Positions 61,140 to 64,000 of a stretch of DNA of 64,000 bases are shown here, one piece after another; the stretch's first letter is position 1; every line of letters starts with the position of its first letter. The stretch is from Hydrurus foetidus (Eukaryota): positions 1-64,000 of the forward strand of contig UYFQ01000510.1 in assembly GCA_900617105.1 (NCBI GenBank). Reading direction: 5' to 3'. Made by a program: the position numbers and the translations under genes. Below the pieces are notes generated by a model. The model was not told where the DNA came from. It saw nothing but the letters and a program-made list of their open reading frames with translations, and did no database searches.

Positions 61140-63580
61140 TAGGATCTAGCTTTCCTCTGTGAGCTTCCTCTGCATTTCATGTGCCTCGATGACGTGTGTG
61201 TGCACCACAGATGACGTGTGTCTGCACCACGATCCGCTAACTGATCACAGTTGTACTACTGTGTCACTCTACAGTACCACACTACACTACACTACACTAC
61301 ACTACACTACACTCACACTACACTACACTACACTACACTACACTACACTACACTACACTACACTACACTACACTACACTACACTACACTACACTACACTA
61401 CACTACACTACACGATATCATCTATGTCGCACCCGTATAGAATGAATGGTTCCCTCATGCCTACGAGGAGCCGTTCTTTGGGTGCTTCCTTCTCCGTCTG
61501 TCCGTCAGGATGGATGCGCACACCGTGCTTGAAGTTGAAGTTGGGGTCCCGCTCATCGGGACCTTGGATCAACATTGCTGCATCGTCCAGAGAAAAATAC
61601 ATCTGCAACGTTTTGCGGTGGAGCGTATATCAGAGAATTCGTAAGGGAATCGGAAAGGGGTGGTGAATGAAGCAATTAACGAAAGAGAATACCCTGCCGT
61701 GCAGTGAGCGATGTCAATGAACGAAGGGTCAGAAGAAAAGAGATGGCAAATAGAAGAAAAGAATAATGGAATTAAAGAATAATTGTAGAAAAGAGAGAAG
61801 AGAACAAAATAGAACAGAAGCAGCAGGGACCCTGGCCCTCTCACCCTCGCTTGTTCCAGAGCTTTGATCTTATAGCTGTGATTTTCATTTTCCAGAAGGG
61901 CAGAGTTCCTCTGTTGATTAGCGGACCGTGGAAATAGAGAGGATAAAAATGAGATCACACGATGCAGGTAAGATTTACATGACAAGTAAGTGACTAGTGC
62001 TCGGTAGAATAGAATAGAATAGAATAAAAGAATAGAATAGAATAAAAGAATTGTATGGAATAAAAGAATAGAATATAAGAATAGAATAGATTGATTGACG
62101 CAATCTCCCCTCTCCAATTATACGATAGATACGATATAATGTGACATGATGCGATGTCGTGTGGTAAAATGTAACTAGACGCGATGTGCCGTGGTGTAGA
62201 CTGTATGTAGCAGTGACTGACTGACTGACTGAATTTGAGTGAGCTGATAAGATCAGCAACGCCAGGAGATGAGAGCTTGATATTAATCCAGTGCAAGACA
62301 AGACAAGACAAGACAAGACAAGACAAGACAAGACAAGACAAGACAAGACAAGACAAGACAAGACAAGACAAGACAGCGACAGGACAAGAAAAACAGAGAA
62401 AACAGAACGACCACCTACCGCGTCTTTGATCATGTTCTCCGCTATCATCGTTTTTACTGCGAGGGGGAGGAGGTAACTTTTCCTGATGTCCAAATCGATT
62501 TTACGTTGAAACCCGTGACCAGATTTCTGACATGCAATAGTTAGTTTTTATGTGTCTATATTAATTGAAGTGTGTTGTTTTGTATTAATTGAAGTGTGTT
62601 GTTTTGTATTGTATTGTGTTGTGTTGTATTGAGTTGTGTTATGTTGTGTTGTATTATTTTGTGTTGTCTTATGTTGTGTTGTATCGTATCATATCATATT
62701 GCATTGCATTGCATTGCATAGCTGTACAGTCCAACAAGTTTAATCGACAGTATCAAGGAAGGGACCATGCTGGAGTCTCTCTCGATATCTGTATCGAAGA
62801 AAAAGTAATACTGTTCTTCTTACACTGTCAAAAACACGGAATTTCTCTTTCAAGGCGATCCACTTCAAAGCTTGAATCCTAGAGGGTCACGATCGGATAG
62901 GAAGATTTGAAGGCGAGAAATAGTGCGGATGGATTGGTGCGTGTGGTTTAGAATTGGTGTCAAGTATGGTGCGATATATTTCCTATAGTACAGAATTTGC
63001 ATCTCACTATCATAGTAGCGAGCATTTGATTCCATGGAATTGGCTCACTGCTCATCGCACATATTGCACAGTGAATCTAATATCATATCATATCATATCA
63101 TCTCATATGATAGCACAGTGCAGCACATCACTTCACACAACATCCCATCATACTACATCCCATCCCATCCCATCCCATCTCATCCCATCATAGCACAGTA
63201 TCGCGCATGCAGCATAATGTATTATAGTATAGTATAGTATAGTATAGTATAGTATAGTACAGTACAGTACAGTACAGTACAGTACAGTACAGTACAGTAC
63301 AGTACAGTACAGTACAGTACAGTACAGTACAGTACAGTACAGTACAGTACAGTACAGTACAGTACAGTACAGTACAGTACAGTACAGTACAGTACAGTAC
63401 AGTACAGTACAGTACAGTACAGTATAGAATAGTACAGTTCAGTACAGTTCGTACCTGTTTCTCTTTAGGGTGCTGGAGGTCCGACCCCCCACAGCCGGTT
63501 CCTCAGTCTGGACCTTTGGGGTTTCCTTTGCGATTGTCTTTCCCACGGATTCCACTTTGCGCTGGGTCTCCAGCATGTCC
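61140..63580 (-). CDS. 3' portion of an unidentified multi-exon gene; 5' end lies beyond the window
   Basis: AG/GT-bounded open segments at ~63580-63455, 62880-62766, 62529-62417, 61926-61845 and 61602-61433, separated by microsatellite introns; no recognisable domain. Confidence 0.5.
61278..61411. repeat. (CACTA)n microsatellite
   Basis: Direct reading. Confidence 0.95.
62294..62374. repeat. (CAAGA)n microsatellite
   Basis: Direct reading. Confidence 0.95.
63226..63450. repeat. Compound (AGTAT)n(AGTAC)n microsatellite
   Basis: Direct reading. Confidence 0.95.
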
Positions 63581-64000
63581 TGTAAAGTGATGTGATTTGA
63601 AGTCGAGTAAGGTTCATTGAAATGAGGTGAGGTGAGGTGAGGTAAAGTGGGGCAAGGTAAGGTACGGTACGGTAGAGTAAGGTTAGGTAAGGAGAGGTGA
63701 GATAAAGCAGGGTAAGGTGCAAAGCACAGACTTCAGTATTTCAGCGTGTACGATGACACAGCACGTAGACTGCGTGAGTGATTCTGCGTATGTGTGTGGC
63801 CCATCTGTCTTCCTACTTACCTGCCTGTATGCGTTGTGTGTGCGTGTGTATGTATATATATGTATATGTGTGCGTGTCTATTAATGTGTATCTGTTCGCG
63901 AATGTGTCTGCCTATATGCCCGTTTATCTGGCTATGTGTCTCCCTGTCTGTGCGTCTATGTGTCTGTTAGTCTGTCTGTCTGTCTATCTGTCGATCTGTC

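Noticed and set aside
61159..62476. ORFs with LHYTT, QDKTR or VLSCL repeats
   Set aside because: Translations of pentanucleotide microsatellites

Overview
Intron-rich eukaryotic DNA. A photosynthetic or plastid-bearing stramenopile is the best guess, inferred from gene content and targeting-peptide style. The first ~24 kb is a retroelement nest. A decayed tyrosine-recombinase (DIRS-order) retrotransposon (~661-13164) carries two insertions: a chromodomain Gypsy with identical 208-bp LTRs (1741-8533) and a 279-bp TG..CA element holding a ~100-bp palindrome and tRNA-like A/B boxes (9834-10112). Two related Copia elements follow tail-to-tail (~13279-18506 on +, 18507-24085 on -). The rest is host genes: a giant PT-repeat/REJ/EGF/GPS-like membrane protein, a Harbinger-type MITE, deoxyhypusine synthase, an aldo-keto reductase divergent from a four-carbon acid sugar kinase-class II aldolase fusion, a TMX-like thioredoxin, a signal peptide peptidase, a CXC (LIN54/TSO1-like) protein, a PTGR1-like reductase and an unidentified gene with pentanucleotide-microsatellite introns. 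Top observation: neither Copia has a tRNA-type (TGG) PBS. Instead each PBS is exactly complementary to a 10-11 nt stretch in its own LTR ~50-60 nt downstream of the TATA-like box, with 5 of 10 positions co-varying between the two elements. This is the signature of Tf1-style self-priming, here in a Copia lineage. All analysis was by eye, with no database searches.
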